Positions 51,541-61,411 of a stretch of DNA of 64,000 nucleotides are shown here, piece after piece. Source of the DNA: Bacteroidia bacterium (GTDB lineage: Bacteria > Bacteroidota > Bacteroidia > AKYH767-A > OLB10); NCBI GenBank assembly GCA_038215705.1, contig JBBQQQ010000001.1, forward strand, positions 98,630 to 162,629, read 5' to 3'. Below the pieces are notes generated by a model. It saw only the letters and a list, made by a program, of their open reading frames with translations. It was not told where the DNA came from and did no database searches. The position numbers and the translations under genes are program-made. Each line of letters begins with the position of its first letter. Within the stretch, counting starts at the first letter, position 1.

Positions 51541-52083
51541 ATGAATATGATAAAAAGGTATTTCCCCTTCCTGGTAATGATAGTTCTGATGACATCGTGT
51601 TCATCATCACTGGTTCCTTTTACACAACAACTTCGTGATAAACATAAACTGAAACCTGAGGAACTAAAGTCCATCCAGTTTTATTTCTCCAATACTTTTG
51701 TATTAAGAAGAGGCGAGAATACAAATAAAAAGGAAACCACCAATGGAGAACTAACTGTTGTAAATGATTCCAAAGTGGAAGAGATTATTATAAAGGCCAA
51801 AACGCCGTGTGTTATCAAAGAGATAATTGATGGAAACCGCGTGACGATCAGTTTTGAGGATAATGGTAACAATTACCTTGTTTTTGGAAGTGTAAGTAAC
51901 CGCGATGGTTATTATACTTTAATGGCCCTGGAATGGAAAGGCGGAAAAGGTGAGATAAATTATGGTGAACAAACGTACTTTTCATCACCGGGCAGCAAGG
52001 ATGTTTTTCTTGCACTTAAAGTTAAGAGTCTTGAAAAATTTAAGGTTGAACAAAAGGTTGCAAAAGGTGCAGTAATAAAATAA
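51541..52083 (+). CDS. Hypothetical lipoprotein
   Basis: 180 aa. Lipobox LMTSCSS. No family recognised. Confidence 0.4.
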   Translation: MNMIKRYFPFLVMIVLMTSCSSSLVPFTQQLRDKHKLKPEELKSIQFYFSNTFVLRRGENTNKKETTNGELTVVNDSKVEEIIIKAKTPCVIKEIIDGNRVTISFEDNGNNYLVFGSVSNRDGYYTLMALEWKGGKGEINYGEQTYFSSPGSKDVFLALKVKSLEKFKVEQKVAKGAVIK

Positions 52084-52107
52084 TAAAAGTACACTTGCTA
52101 TTTTTAG

Positions 52108-52182
52108 TGGGACGTACTGGGCTCGAACCAGTGACCCCTGCCTTGTCGAGGCAGTGCTCTGAACCAACTGAGCTAACATCCC
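52108..52182 (-). tRNA. tRNA-Val (anticodon GAC)
   Basis: The reverse complement reads GGGATGTTAGCTCAGTTGGTTCAGAGCACTGCCTCGACAAGGCAGGGGTCACTGGTTCGAGCCCAGTACGTCCCA. It folds as a cloverleaf with a 7-bp acceptor stem, D-arm GCTC/GAGC, anticodon stem CTGCC/GGCAG with loop TCGACAA, and T-arm ACTGG/CCAGT with TTCGAGC. CCA is not encoded. Confidence 0.8.
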
Positions 52183-52201
52183 TGAATTGCAAAGATACAT
52201 A

Positions 52202-52831
52202 TCAATACCCGGTTGTAAAAATTTTAGCAATCATAAACACTCCATAAGCACCGAGTGCAATGCCTGAAATGCGGTTCATCCATATTAGAAAACGTGCAGT
52301 TATAAAACCCTTAAGCCGGGTTGCCACCCATGCTTTTAACAGATCGGTTAAAAAAACCACTCCCAGGGTAGCGGAATAAAATGTAAGCGTATGCCAACCA
52401 TGGTACTGTTCTTTTAAGGATATGGTTCCTGCCACCCCGAGCCAGAACAGCAATGCCGAAGGGTTGAGTGAATTCATAGTGAATCCTTTTACCACATCAA
52501 TAGCACGTGTTTTCGAATCATCTATCACTTCAAGTGCATCTGCTTTAACAGTTGGTTGCTTGAAAAATGTGAAGATGCCGAACGTAAATATCAGCAACCC
52601 TCCGCATAGAGCTACAATGTGATTGTATTCTTTCACATAGAAAAGAAAAGAACTGCCGTAATAGGTAAGTACTACAAATAGTGCGTCGCTGATTAATACA
52701 CCCAGTGCCAGCATGGAAGCAGGCAGAAATCCTTTTTTGATACTGGTATTAATGATCATAAAAAAGACCGGTCCTACCAACAGCGCCAGTACACCACCCA
52801 ACAAAATTCCACTCACAATTGGTTCAATCAT
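52202..52831 (-). CDS. LysE/RhtB-family amino-acid exporter
   Basis: 209 aa with about 6 TM helices. N-terminal ...GVLLALLVGPVFFMIINTS typical of the LysE type translocator family. Confidence 0.65.
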   Translation of the reverse strand: MIEPIVSGILLGGVLALLVGPVFFMIINTSIKKGFLPASMLALGVLISDALFVVLTYYGSSFLFYVKEYNHIVALCGGLLIFTFGIFTFFKQPTVKADALEVIDDSKTRAIDVVKGFTMNSLNPSALLFWLGVAGTISLKEQYHGWHTLTFYSATLGVVFLTDLLKAWVATRLKGFITARFLIWMNRISGIALGAYGVFMIAKIFTTGY

Positions 52832-52899
52832 TTTCCGATAGTAAACGCTTTGAAAAGAAGGTTAAAAATATCAAAAAAACACTTTTCAAGCTGTTCACA

Positions 52900-54435
52900 T
52901 CAGGCTTCAGAGCGTTCTTTCCCCACAAAGGATTCCCACTGGCTGAACTGGGCGTTCTTCATGACTCTTGGAAATTTGTTTTGGGCGCCAACCTTGTTAT
53001 TCATTTTCATCCAGTTGTAAAACACTACAGATGGAACAACTTCAACAATTACATTATTTAATGCTGATGCTCTTTCAACCCGGTAATCGTCATTCAGTAT
53101 TTTTAATTTTTCATCCAGCAATTCGGTCAGCTGCGAAGAAATTACAGGGTCATCAGTTCCGATATACCATTTATGGGCAAAAAGACTTCCGGAAGGTATT
53201 CCTGATACAGTAAATTCATTGATGCGGATGTTAAGATCTTCACTCACCATCTCAATCGCTTTATTCATGTTGTCAATTGAAAGGTGTTCACCGCATAAAC
53301 TCAGGAAATGTTTTGTACGGCCCACAATAATGATTTCACATTTTGCCTTGTTTGTAAAACGCACAACATCACCAATCAGGTAACGCCATGCACCGGCATT
53401 TGTTGAAAGCATAATTGCATAATCCTGTCCATCCTCAACCTCATGCACCATGAACGTTTTAGGTTTTCCGATTACTTCACCTTCACTGTTAAAGCACTTT
53501 TCATTAAATGGAATAAATTCAAAAAAAATCCCATTGTTAATAATGAGCCGCATACTGCGATTTCCCGGTTCGTCCTGGTATGCTATAAAACCTTCAGAAG
53601 CCAGGTAAGTTTCAATATAAATCAACGGTTTTTGTAACAGGCTTTCAAATCCTTTGCGATAAGGCTCAAATGATACTCCTCCATGCACATAAATGGAAAG
53701 ATTCGGCCAGATTTCGTGAATGCTTTTAAGATTATATTTTGCCATAACCTTTTCAATCAGCAGTTGCACCCAGGCCGGCACCCCTACAATTACCCCGATA
53801 TCCCACTCATGGGCCTTTTCAGTAATCTCATTCAGCTTGGCATTCCAGTCGCTTTCCTTGGCGATCTTCCTTCCGGGTTTATAGAAATGCTGAAACCAGA
53901 AAGGAAGATTACTGGTTGTAATACCACTCAGGTCACCTTCAAAATAACTTCCCTTCTGATGAAGATGTGTACTGCCACCAAGCATCAGAATTCCTTTTTC
54001 AAATAATGATTCAGGGAGATTGTATTTAGCAAGCGATACAATCTGACGTATACTCACTTTCTGTATCGACCGGATCATATCCCTGGTAACAGGAATGTGT
54101 TTACTGGAGGAATCGGAAGTGCCTGAACTGAGGGCAAAATATTTCACCTGCCCGGGCCAGCATACATCCTCTTCGTTATGAAGTGATTTATTCCACCACT
54201 TTGAAAAAATTGAATTGTAATCGTGAACAGGAACAGTCAGGCGGAATTTGTTTACAAATTGCGGACTCATAATAATTTTCGAAAATTTGTAAGTCTCGCC
54301 AAAAAGCGTGAATTGAGCCCGGGATAAAAGTTGGCGCAAAACTTTCCGCTGATGTTGTTCAGGACTATGCCGCTCAAAACTAATCCTGTTTCTCAGTTCA
54401 ATACCTCTCTTAATAATACTTCCTAATAAAGGCAT
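52900..54435 (-). CDS. GH3-family (auxin-responsive-promoter-like) acyl-acid--amido synthetase homologue
   Basis: 511 aa. N-terminal ...FALSSGTSDSSSKHIP (ANL-like phosphate-binding loop of GH3 proteins). Conserved Bacteroidota family. Confidence 0.7.
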   Translation of the reverse strand: MPLLGSIIKRGIELRNRISFERHSPEQHQRKVLRQLLSRAQFTLFGETYKFSKIIMSPQFVNKFRLTVPVHDYNSIFSKWWNKSLHNEEDVCWPGQVKYFALSSGTSDSSSKHIPVTRDMIRSIQKVSIRQIVSLAKYNLPESLFEKGILMLGGSTHLHQKGSYFEGDLSGITTSNLPFWFQHFYKPGRKIAKESDWNAKLNEITEKAHEWDIGVIVGVPAWVQLLIEKVMAKYNLKSIHEIWPNLSIYVHGGVSFEPYRKGFESLLQKPLIYIETYLASEGFIAYQDEPGNRSMRLIINNGIFFEFIPFNEKCFNSEGEVIGKPKTFMVHEVEDGQDYAIMLSTNAGAWRYLIGDVVRFTNKAKCEIIIVGRTKHFLSLCGEHLSIDNMNKAIEMVSEDLNIRINEFTVSGIPSGSLFAHKWYIGTDDPVISSQLTELLDEKLKILNDDYRVERASALNNVIVEVVPSVVFYNWMKMNNKVGAQNKFPRVMKNAQFSQWESFVGKERSEA

Positions 54436-54552
54436 AGAGTGTAATTCAGGAATAGATTATGATAGCCTAACGGTTACTGAAATGAACAGTAATTTCCACG
54501 GATTTTATCAGAGCCAGCAGTAAACTTAATATAATTATCTGATTCCCGCAAA

Positions 54553-55833
54553 TCAGGCAGTTACGGGTTCCATATTACGGATGATATCAGTTCCAAACTC
54601 ACTGCATTTCAACAAGGTAGCACTTTCCATCAAGCGGTGAAAATCATAAGTGACTCTTTTGGATGCAATGGTTCTTTCAACTCCTTTGTAGATCAGGTCA
54701 GCGGCTTCCAGCCAGCCCAGGTGTTCCAGCATCATGGCACCCGACAGGATTACAGATCCGGGATTCACCTTATCCTGCCCGGCATATTTCGGAGCAGTTC
54801 CATGGGTGGCTTCGAAAATAGCGTGACCGGTAACATAATTAATATTTGCGCCAGGAGCAATTCCTATTCCGCCCACGCATGCTGCTAACGCATCAGAAAT
54901 ATAATCTCCGTTTAGATTTAAGGTTGCAATAACATCATATTCTTCAGGACGTAATAAAATTTGCTGCAAAAATGCATCTGCAATGGAATCTTTGACAATA
55001 ATTTTTCCTGCAGCTACTTCAGCCTTCATAGTACTTTCAGCTGCTTCTTTTCCTTTATCCGCAACAATCTTATCATATTGCTGCCAGGTAAATGTTTTAT
55101 CACCATACGCGCTTTCAGCAAGATCATATCCCCACTGCTTAAATCCCCCTTCGGTATACTTCATGATATTTCCCTTATGCACGAGCGTTACAGAGGGCTT
55201 TTTGTGTTTAATGGCAAATTCAAGTGCAGCTTTAATCAATCGCTCAGAACCTTCTTTGGATACCGGCTTAATACCGATTGAGGAAGATTCCGGAAAACGG
55301 ATTTTATTTACGTTTAATTCTGTTTGCAGAAAATTTATCAGTTTTTTAACTTCAGCACTGCCTGCCATGTATTCGATTCCGGCATAAATATCTTCTGTGT
55401 TTTCCCTGAAGATTACCATATCGGTTTTTTCGGGATGACGTACCGGTGAAGGAACGCCTTCAAACCACCGTACAGGACGCAGGCAAACATACAGGTCAAG
55501 AATCTGGCGCAAGGCAACATTCAGTGATCGTATACCTCCGCCTACCGGTGTAGTCAGCGGTCCTTTAATAGCAATAAGATGTTTGCGGATAATATCAAGT
55601 GTTTCATCAGGTAACCAGTTTCCGGTTTGCTTAAAAGCTTTTTCTCCGGCAAGGACTTCCTTCCAGATAATTTTCTTCTTACCACCATAGGCAATCCGGA
55701 CAGCCGCATCAATGACTCTTACAGAAGCCGCCCATATATCGGCACCAGTACCATCACCTTCAATGAAAGGAATTACAGGTTGATCGGGTACATTTAATTT
55801 TCCGTTAGAGTTAGTAATGATTTGTCCTTCCAT
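54553..55833 (-). CDS. icd: NADP-dependent isocitrate dehydrogenase
   Basis: 426 aa. [15 protein letters not shown]-terminal motif and the [16 protein letters not shown] signature. Confidence 0.9.
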   Translation of the reverse strand: MEGQIITNSNGKLNVPDQPVIPFIEGDGTGADIWAASVRVIDAAVRIAYGGKKKIIWKEVLAGEKAFKQTGNWLPDETLDIIRKHLIAIKGPLTTPVGGGIRSLNVALRQILDLYVCLRPVRWFEGVPSPVRHPEKTDMVIFRENTEDIYAGIEYMAGSAEVKKLINFLQTELNVNKIRFPESSSIGIKPVSKEGSERLIKAALEFAIKHKKPSVTLVHKGNIMKYTEGGFKQWGYDLAESAYGDKTFTWQQYDKIVADKGKEAAESTMKAEVAAGKIIVKDSIADAFLQQILLRPEEYDVIATLNLNGDYISDALAACVGGIGIAPGANINYVTGHAIFEATHGTAPKYAGQDKVNPGSVILSGAMMLEHLGWLEAADLIYKGVERTIASKRVTYDFHRLMESATLLKCSEFGTDIIRNMEPVTA

Positions 55834-55891
55834 GATGCTGATAGTTTATGTTTTTTTAGAAGCCGCAAAGATACTCAATTATGGGTGATGT

Positions 55892-57733
55892 TTAAAAGTC
55901 AAGTTCCAGGTCAAATTGTTGCCGCAACTGATTCAAATCCGGATTTTTTTCCATCATCTTACTAAATTTTTCAGCAGGAGTATATGCCGTTCCTGTTGTC
56001 TCGTCAGTATCGGTGACTTGGGGTAGTATTTCGATTCCGGTATTGGAAAGTTTTGTTTTCAGATACTGTAGAAGTTCTTGTTTGTTTGCCTGGATTTCAT
56101 CTGCCTGAATGGGATTATCGACCGGGATGATGATTATAACATTATCCGTTAACCTGGGTTCATGTTTATTGAGTGCAACAGCCAGTTGGCGACGACCTTC
56201 CGACATTAATTTTTCCACCAATTGCTTTACTGCATTCACCAGATTTTCTTCCTCAATTGGTTGGTTCAGTACGACTTCAGAAACTGCTTTTTCTGCATCT
56301 GCTTCTGCCGGAGTTTTATTCGCATTAAGTGTTTTGGAAATGGAAATAGTTCCTGCAGCAGAGGCGCGGCTGCGTGATGGAGCCGATGTTTTACTGCTTT
56401 CACCAGTAATTTCCGCTTTCGTTTCACTGGGTATTGCATTTTTGCTGACAACAGGTTGTTGAGTTGATGATAGCACTTTTTCTTCTGCAACAACAATCGG
56501 TTTTGCCTCGGTTATGGGTGAAGCAATTTTTGTTGCAGCCTGGAGAGGAGACGGATCAGATTTTGGAGTAGCCGTATTAATTAAAGTTTTTTTTTCTGAA
56601 GCGGGCAGTTGTTCAACGGCAGGTAATCCCTCAAACGCATTTTCTTTAAGGGCACACATTTTCAACAGGGATAATTCCACATGGAGCCGTTGATTTTGTG
56701 AAGATTTAAAATCCACATCACACTTGTTTCCAATTTCGAGATAACGGAATAATAAACCTGCACTGCATTGTTTGGATTGTGCCTTATAACGATCCTTTGT
56801 TCTGTCACTAACTTCCAGAAGAGTTATTGTTTGTACATCTTTACACACCAGCAAATCACGAAAGTGCGATGACAGGCCTGAAATAAAATGATGCACATCG
56901 AAACCATCATCAATAATTTCATTCAGCAATAACAAAGCACCTGAAAAATCACCTGTTATCAGGTAATCTGTTATCTTAAAATAATATTCATAATCCAGAA
57001 TGTTCAGGTTGTCAATAACATTTTTGTAAGTCACTTCACTTCCTGCAAAACTTACTATCTGATCGAAAATAGACAGCGCGTCACGCAAAGCTCCATCAGC
57101 TTTTTGCGCAATCAGGTGTAGTGCCTCGGGCTCAGCTTTTACATTTTCACTCGAAGCAATGTAATGCAGATGGCTGGCAATGTCATCGATGGTGATCCTG
57201 TTGAAGTCAAATATCTGGCAACGTGAAAGTATGGTTGGAATAATTTTATGCTTTTCAGTGGTAGCCAGAATAAAAATAGCATAGGGTGGAGGCTCTTCAA
57301 GTGTTTTCAGAAAGGCATTGAATGCCGCAGCAGAAAGCATGTGAACCTCATCAATAATATAAATTTTATAATTTCCCGACTGGGGCGCATAGCGTACCTG
57401 TTCTACCAGGGTTCGCATGTCATCTACTGAATTATTCGATGCCGCATCCAGTTCGAAAATATTCAGGCTTTGACCATTATTAAAAGAAACACACGATTCA
57501 CATTCGTTGCATCCTTCCGTGTCGGGGGTAAGATTTGTGCAATTGATTGTCTTTGCTAAAATGCGGGCACACGTTGTTTTGCCTACACCACGTGGACCAC
57601 AAAATAAAAACGCCTGTGCAAGATGTTTGCTTTTGATCGCATTTTTAAGAGTACTGGTAATAGCAGGCTGCCCGACCACAGTATTGAAGGTGGAGGGCCG
57701 GTACTTCCTGGCAGAAACAACAAAATGATCCAT
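55892..57733 (-). CDS. dnaX: DNA polymerase III subunit gamma/tau
   Basis: 613 aa. Walker A GPRGVGKTT, Zn module CxxC...CxxC (CTNLTPDTEGCNECESC), SRC motif, and a C-terminal tau extension. Confidence 0.9.
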   Translation of the reverse strand: MDHFVVSARKYRPSTFNTVVGQPAITSTLKNAIKSKHLAQAFLFCGPRGVGKTTCARILAKTINCTNLTPDTEGCNECESCVSFNNGQSLNIFELDAASNNSVDDMRTLVEQVRYAPQSGNYKIYIIDEVHMLSAAAFNAFLKTLEEPPPYAIFILATTEKHKIIPTILSRCQIFDFNRITIDDIASHLHYIASSENVKAEPEALHLIAQKADGALRDALSIFDQIVSFAGSEVTYKNVIDNLNILDYEYYFKITDYLITGDFSGALLLLNEIIDDGFDVHHFISGLSSHFRDLLVCKDVQTITLLEVSDRTKDRYKAQSKQCSAGLLFRYLEIGNKCDVDFKSSQNQRLHVELSLLKMCALKENAFEGLPAVEQLPASEKKTLINTATPKSDPSPLQAATKIASPITEAKPIVVAEEKVLSSTQQPVVSKNAIPSETKAEITGESSKTSAPSRSRASAAGTISISKTLNANKTPAEADAEKAVSEVVLNQPIEEENLVNAVKQLVEKLMSEGRRQLAVALNKHEPRLTDNVIIIIPVDNPIQADEIQANKQELLQYLKTKLSNTGIEILPQVTDTDETTGTAYTPAEKFSKMMEKNPDLNQLRQQFDLELDF

Positions 57734-57918
57734 AGTTAATAAGCTTCTGTATGGGTATGAACTGTTAAAAAGCCGAATTACAAAGTTACGTTAAATTCAT
57801 GAATTCCGGACGGTTTAGCCCTTGATATTTCCATTCCGGTTCCATTAACTTATCAAGTTATTTTCATAAAAAGAGCCGCCTTTTTAGGGGCAGCTCCAGG
57901 ATAATGAATACCCGATTT

Positions 57919-58662
57919 TTAATGCATTAACGGTGTAGGTTCCGGTAACAGTGTAAATGGATGCTTCATCTTCGAAGTAATTTCACAAATGATTTTGTTT
58001 TCGTGATTTATCCCGCAATTCTTCAACGATATATAAATCCATTCCAAATTGTTATTTTCAAAGGCATATTCCCGGGAAGGATTAGAAAATATTGAAAGAC
58101 TGCTTGTAATTTCAATTACCGGCAGATCGACTCTTGGTAATAATTTGCCATCAATGGTGGTTGTTGCAATTAAATAGTCGCCGGAAGTGGTTGGAAATAT
58201 AACTATTTCAGGGAGTTCCACGACCGGAAGCAAGTTGCCGTTAATTGCAGTAGCAATTACCAAATGATTGAGGGGCAGCGCTGATTCAATCTCTATCATA
58301 GGTAAATCCGCTATAGCTATTACTTCTCCATTTACTATATAGGCGGGTAGTTTCCGCATTCCTGACTGCTCACCGGTTATTTCAACTACCGGAAGATTTA
58401 CTACCAGTATATAAGTTCCATTGTGAAGAATACCTGATGAAAGCACGGATCCGGGATGTGTGCTGATAATCTCTACCTCAGGTAAATCAACTACCGGAAT
58501 GTAAATGCCCTTGTAAAGGATTGCTTTCACAACAGATGTTTCACTTTTAGAATTTTCAATACCTGGTACCGATTCCCTTGAAGGAGTCATTACCGCTGCA
58601 GAAACTGACTGGATCAGAACTAGTGTCAGGAAAGATGCGAGTAACATTCGGAAAGTTTTCAT
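57919..58662 (-). CDS. Secreted repeat protein of unknown function with five ~37-aa 'hNGxhhPVVDLPEVEI' repeats
   Basis: 247 aa with a signal peptide. The repeats are ILYKGIYIPVVDLPEVEIISTHPGS, ILHNGTYILVVNLPVVEITGEQSG, IVNGEVIAIADLPMIEIESALP, INGNLLPVVELPEIVIFPTTSG and IDGKLLPRVDLPVIEITSSLS. Confidence 0.45.
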   Translation of the reverse strand: MKTFRMLLASFLTLVLIQSVSAAVMTPSRESVPGIENSKSETSVVKAILYKGIYIPVVDLPEVEIISTHPGSVLSSGILHNGTYILVVNLPVVEITGEQSGMRKLPAYIVNGEVIAIADLPMIEIESALPLNHLVIATAINGNLLPVVELPEIVIFPTTSGDYLIATTTIDGKLLPRVDLPVIEITSSLSIFSNPSREYAFENNNLEWIYISLKNCGINHENKIICEITSKMKHPFTLLPEPTPLMH

Positions 58663-58901
58663 GATTGTTGTGTTATTTTAAACTGTTGTTGAAATGATGA
58701 GGCAAAGATATGTGAAATAAATAGTACTATGCAATACATAGTACTAAATTAAATTATAATAATATGATAATCAGGGTAATTATTTTTAATATGGTTGATT
58801 TTTTTTCATTTTATACTAATTAAGATGTTCCGGACAAGGTATTTGTTACATATTTTCTGAAATTTATTTTTTGGTGACCAATAATTCCCGTTTTTCACAC
58901 A

Positions 58902-59396
58902 ATGATTGACCTCAAATTCTTAAAGGCCAATGCGAAGAAAATTGCAGCGGAGAACGGGAAAATGGTCCGGCGGTTAAAAAACCGGCCTGTTCCCGGAATT
59001 GATGAAGAAGTTGAATTGCTGGATCAATGGGCATTTTCAAAAATCAATTGCCTTTCATGTGGAAATTGCTGCAAGACCATCAGCCCTGTTTTTAAAGAGC
59101 GTGACATTGTCAGGTTGTCTGACCATTTCAGACTACGCCCCGGAGCTTTTGTTGAGAAATACCTGTTTATGGATGATGAAGGTGACTATGTATTAAAATC
59201 ATCACCTTGTCCGTTCCTGGAGTCGGATAATCAATGCAGTGTTTATGATAATCGCCCTTCAGCATGCCGGAGCTATCCGCATACTGGGACTTTACGATTC
59301 TCAAAAAGTATGGATTTATTCGTTAAAAATAGTGCGGTTTGTCCTGCAGTCTATGAAATTGCAGAAGAGTTAAAGAAAAAGTATGGAAAAGCGTAA
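58902..59396 (+). CDS. YkgJ-family (UPF0153) cysteine-cluster protein
   Basis: 164 aa. N-terminal CLSCGNCC (CxxCxxCC) and C-terminal SPCPFLE...CSVYDNRPSACRSYP are the family hallmarks. Confidence 0.7.
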   Translation: MIDLKFLKANAKKIAAENGKMVRRLKNRPVPGIDEEVELLDQWAFSKINCLSCGNCCKTISPVFKERDIVRLSDHFRLRPGAFVEKYLFMDDEGDYVLKSSPCPFLESDNQCSVYDNRPSACRSYPHTGTLRFSKSMDLFVKNSAVCPAVYEIAEELKKKYGKA

Positions 59397-59526
59397 TGGT
59401 AATGTTTACTTTGCATAACTATCTGGCTATTTGAGACGGAATCAACTTTTATCACAATTCTAAAACCGGGAGTACTTTATTTTGTTCAGCTAGTTACGTC
59501 CTATTATTTTTACCACAAAACAGTAA

Positions 59527-60780
59527 ATGGTTCAGTCAGGAAATTCGAACATTATTACCCATCCAAGGCTAATTTCATTACCGCATTCACCCGTTCATGA
59601 AATTGAAGTATTTACTTCGATTAGTGATGTACCTGCCGGTGAATGGGAGGTATGTATTACTGATGCGCACCTGTTTTTATCCATTGATTATCTTAAAACA
59701 GCGGAATCCAGTTCCCTTCCGGGGATGCAGTTTCGATATGCAATTTTGCGAAATGGTGGTCAGCCGGTGGCAATACTATATTTTCAACTGGTTAATTTGT
59801 CGGATACCGGTTTAGGAGGAATTCTGAGCCTGGAAGAATATGGCGGACTTGCCGGATCCTTGTCTACCCGTATCAACGACATATTATTTAGTCCTGGTAA
59901 AGATAAAGCCTCTTATATTCTCGTTTGCGGTAATCTGCTTGTTAGCGGTGAACATGGAGTAGCTGCTGTTAGTCATGAAGAATTTAAATATGCTGTTGAG
60001 GCCATCTCACCCATAAAAAAAATAATTGCACAAACACTTCCTTCTACAGCACGGTTGGTTGCTTTTATGGTTAAAGATTTTTATGATCCTTTAAATGCAA
60101 TTGCAAGAACTATTTTAAAACGCGATTATTTTTTACTGAATACTGATCCTGAAATGATTTTTGAAGTCTCACCTGAGTGGAAATCTTTTGATGATTATAA
60201 GGCAGCTTTATCATCAAAGTACCGGGTGCGAACCAATAATGTATTGGGTAAATTAGGACGGGTTGTTATTAAAGAACTGAGTAATGATGAAATCATAAGT
60301 AAATCGAAAGAGCTGTATGCTTTGAACGATCATGTGGTTAAAAAAGCACCTGTCAAACTCGCAAGGCCTTCAGAAGATTATTTTTTGAACTTAAAAAAAA
60401 CGTACGGAAATAATTACCGCATCAATGGTTTTTATCTCGATGATAAATTAATTGCTTTCACAAGCGGATTATGGAATGAGGTTCATTATGAAGCCCATTA
60501 TATCGGGTTAAATTATGAACTCAATCAGCAGTACAGCCTGTATCAGAATATTCTGTATGCCTACATTAATGATGCAATCGTATGTAAATCGCAACGGCTC
60601 TTTTTCGGAAGAACGGCACTTGAAATTAAAAGTACCACAGGTGCCAGGCCACATCATCTGGCATGTTATTTCAGGTTTGCAAACCGGATCCTCAACACGC
60701 TGGCTAAACCTCTTGTGAGCAGTACCGGTCCTAAAGACTGGATTCCAAGGGATCCTTTTAAAAATAATCAGGAAAACTGA
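59527..60780 (+). CDS. Hypothetical protein, possibly a FemAB/BioF2-like (Acetyltransf_6) GNAT-fold acyltransferase
   Basis: 417 aa. The length and the two-lobed hydrophobic/charged pattern are suggestive, but no diagnostic motif was verified by eye. Confidence 0.3.
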   Translation: MVQSGNSNIITHPRLISLPHSPVHEIEVFTSISDVPAGEWEVCITDAHLFLSIDYLKTAESSSLPGMQFRYAILRNGGQPVAILYFQLVNLSDTGLGGILSLEEYGGLAGSLSTRINDILFSPGKDKASYILVCGNLLVSGEHGVAAVSHEEFKYAVEAISPIKKIIAQTLPSTARLVAFMVKDFYDPLNAIARTILKRDYFLLNTDPEMIFEVSPEWKSFDDYKAALSSKYRVRTNNVLGKLGRVVIKELSNDEIISKSKELYALNDHVVKKAPVKLARPSEDYFLNLKKTYGNNYRINGFYLDDKLIAFTSGLWNEVHYEAHYIGLNYELNQQYSLYQNILYAYINDAIVCKSQRLFFGRTALEIKSTTGARPHHLACYFRFANRILNTLAKPLVSSTGPKDWIPRDPFKNNQEN

Positions 60781-60844
60781 ATCCTAAGGTAAACTAATTT
60801 CCGGTGAACATTTTAGTTAAATTTGCTGGTATGATCCTGTATTC

Positions 60845-61411
60845 ATGAAATACCGTTTACTTTTATTTCTCTCAGTTGTTTTAGTTTCCTGCCAAAGAAC
60901 TAACTATGTGAATCTGGATACTATTGAATTGCCTGATCATAATGGTAGTTTTGTTGATGTGGCTGAGCTTGCTCAAAATTATATTTCGGTTTTTATATTC
61001 ATGTCTCCAGATTGCCCGCTCTGCATTAGCTATACTAAAACCATAAAGGATCTTCAACAAAAATTTCTGTCCGATAGCGTTAAATTTTTTACTGTGTTTC
61101 CCGGGAAGCTATACAGTAATGACGAAATTAATGAGTTCCGTGATATGTATGATTTCAAGCTTATATGTTTACAGGACAGGGACCTCACTTTAACAAAATT
61201 ATTGCATGCTGAAATAACCCCTGAAGCGGTTGTAGTAAACAAGGAAGAGATCGCATATTCCGGCGCAATTAATAACTGGATGTATGAAACAGGGAAGAAA
61301 CGAACTGTGATTACTGAAAATTACCTGGAAGATGCACTCTCAGCACTCATCAATGGGGGAAAGCCTGATCCCGGTAATACAGAAGCTGTTGGATGTTATA
61401 TTGAGCTATGA
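60845..61411 (+). CDS. Thioredoxin-fold lipoprotein with CxxC (CPLC) motif (TlpA/ResA/Sco-like)
   Basis: 188 aa. Lipobox VLVSCQ. FIFMSPDCPLCISY places the CxxC at the N-terminus of a helix after a beta-strand, as in thioredoxin folds. The stop overlaps the start of the next gene (ATGA). Confidence 0.55.
   Translation: MKYRLLLFLSVVLVSCQRTNYVNLDTIELPDHNGSFVDVAELAQNYISVFIFMSPDCPLCISYTKTIKDLQQKFLSDSVKFFTVFPGKLYSNDEINEFRDMYDFKLICLQDRDLTLTKLLHAEITPEAVVVNKEEIAYSGAINNWMYETGKKRTVITENYLEDALSALINGGKPDPGNTEAVGCYIEL

Noticed and set aside
52083-52202. The tRNA-Val locus as an integration site for a genomic island
   Set aside because: No integrase, no repeat of the tRNA 3' end and no compositional shift in the flanks. 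The neighbouring genes are an ordinary lipoprotein and a LysE exporter.
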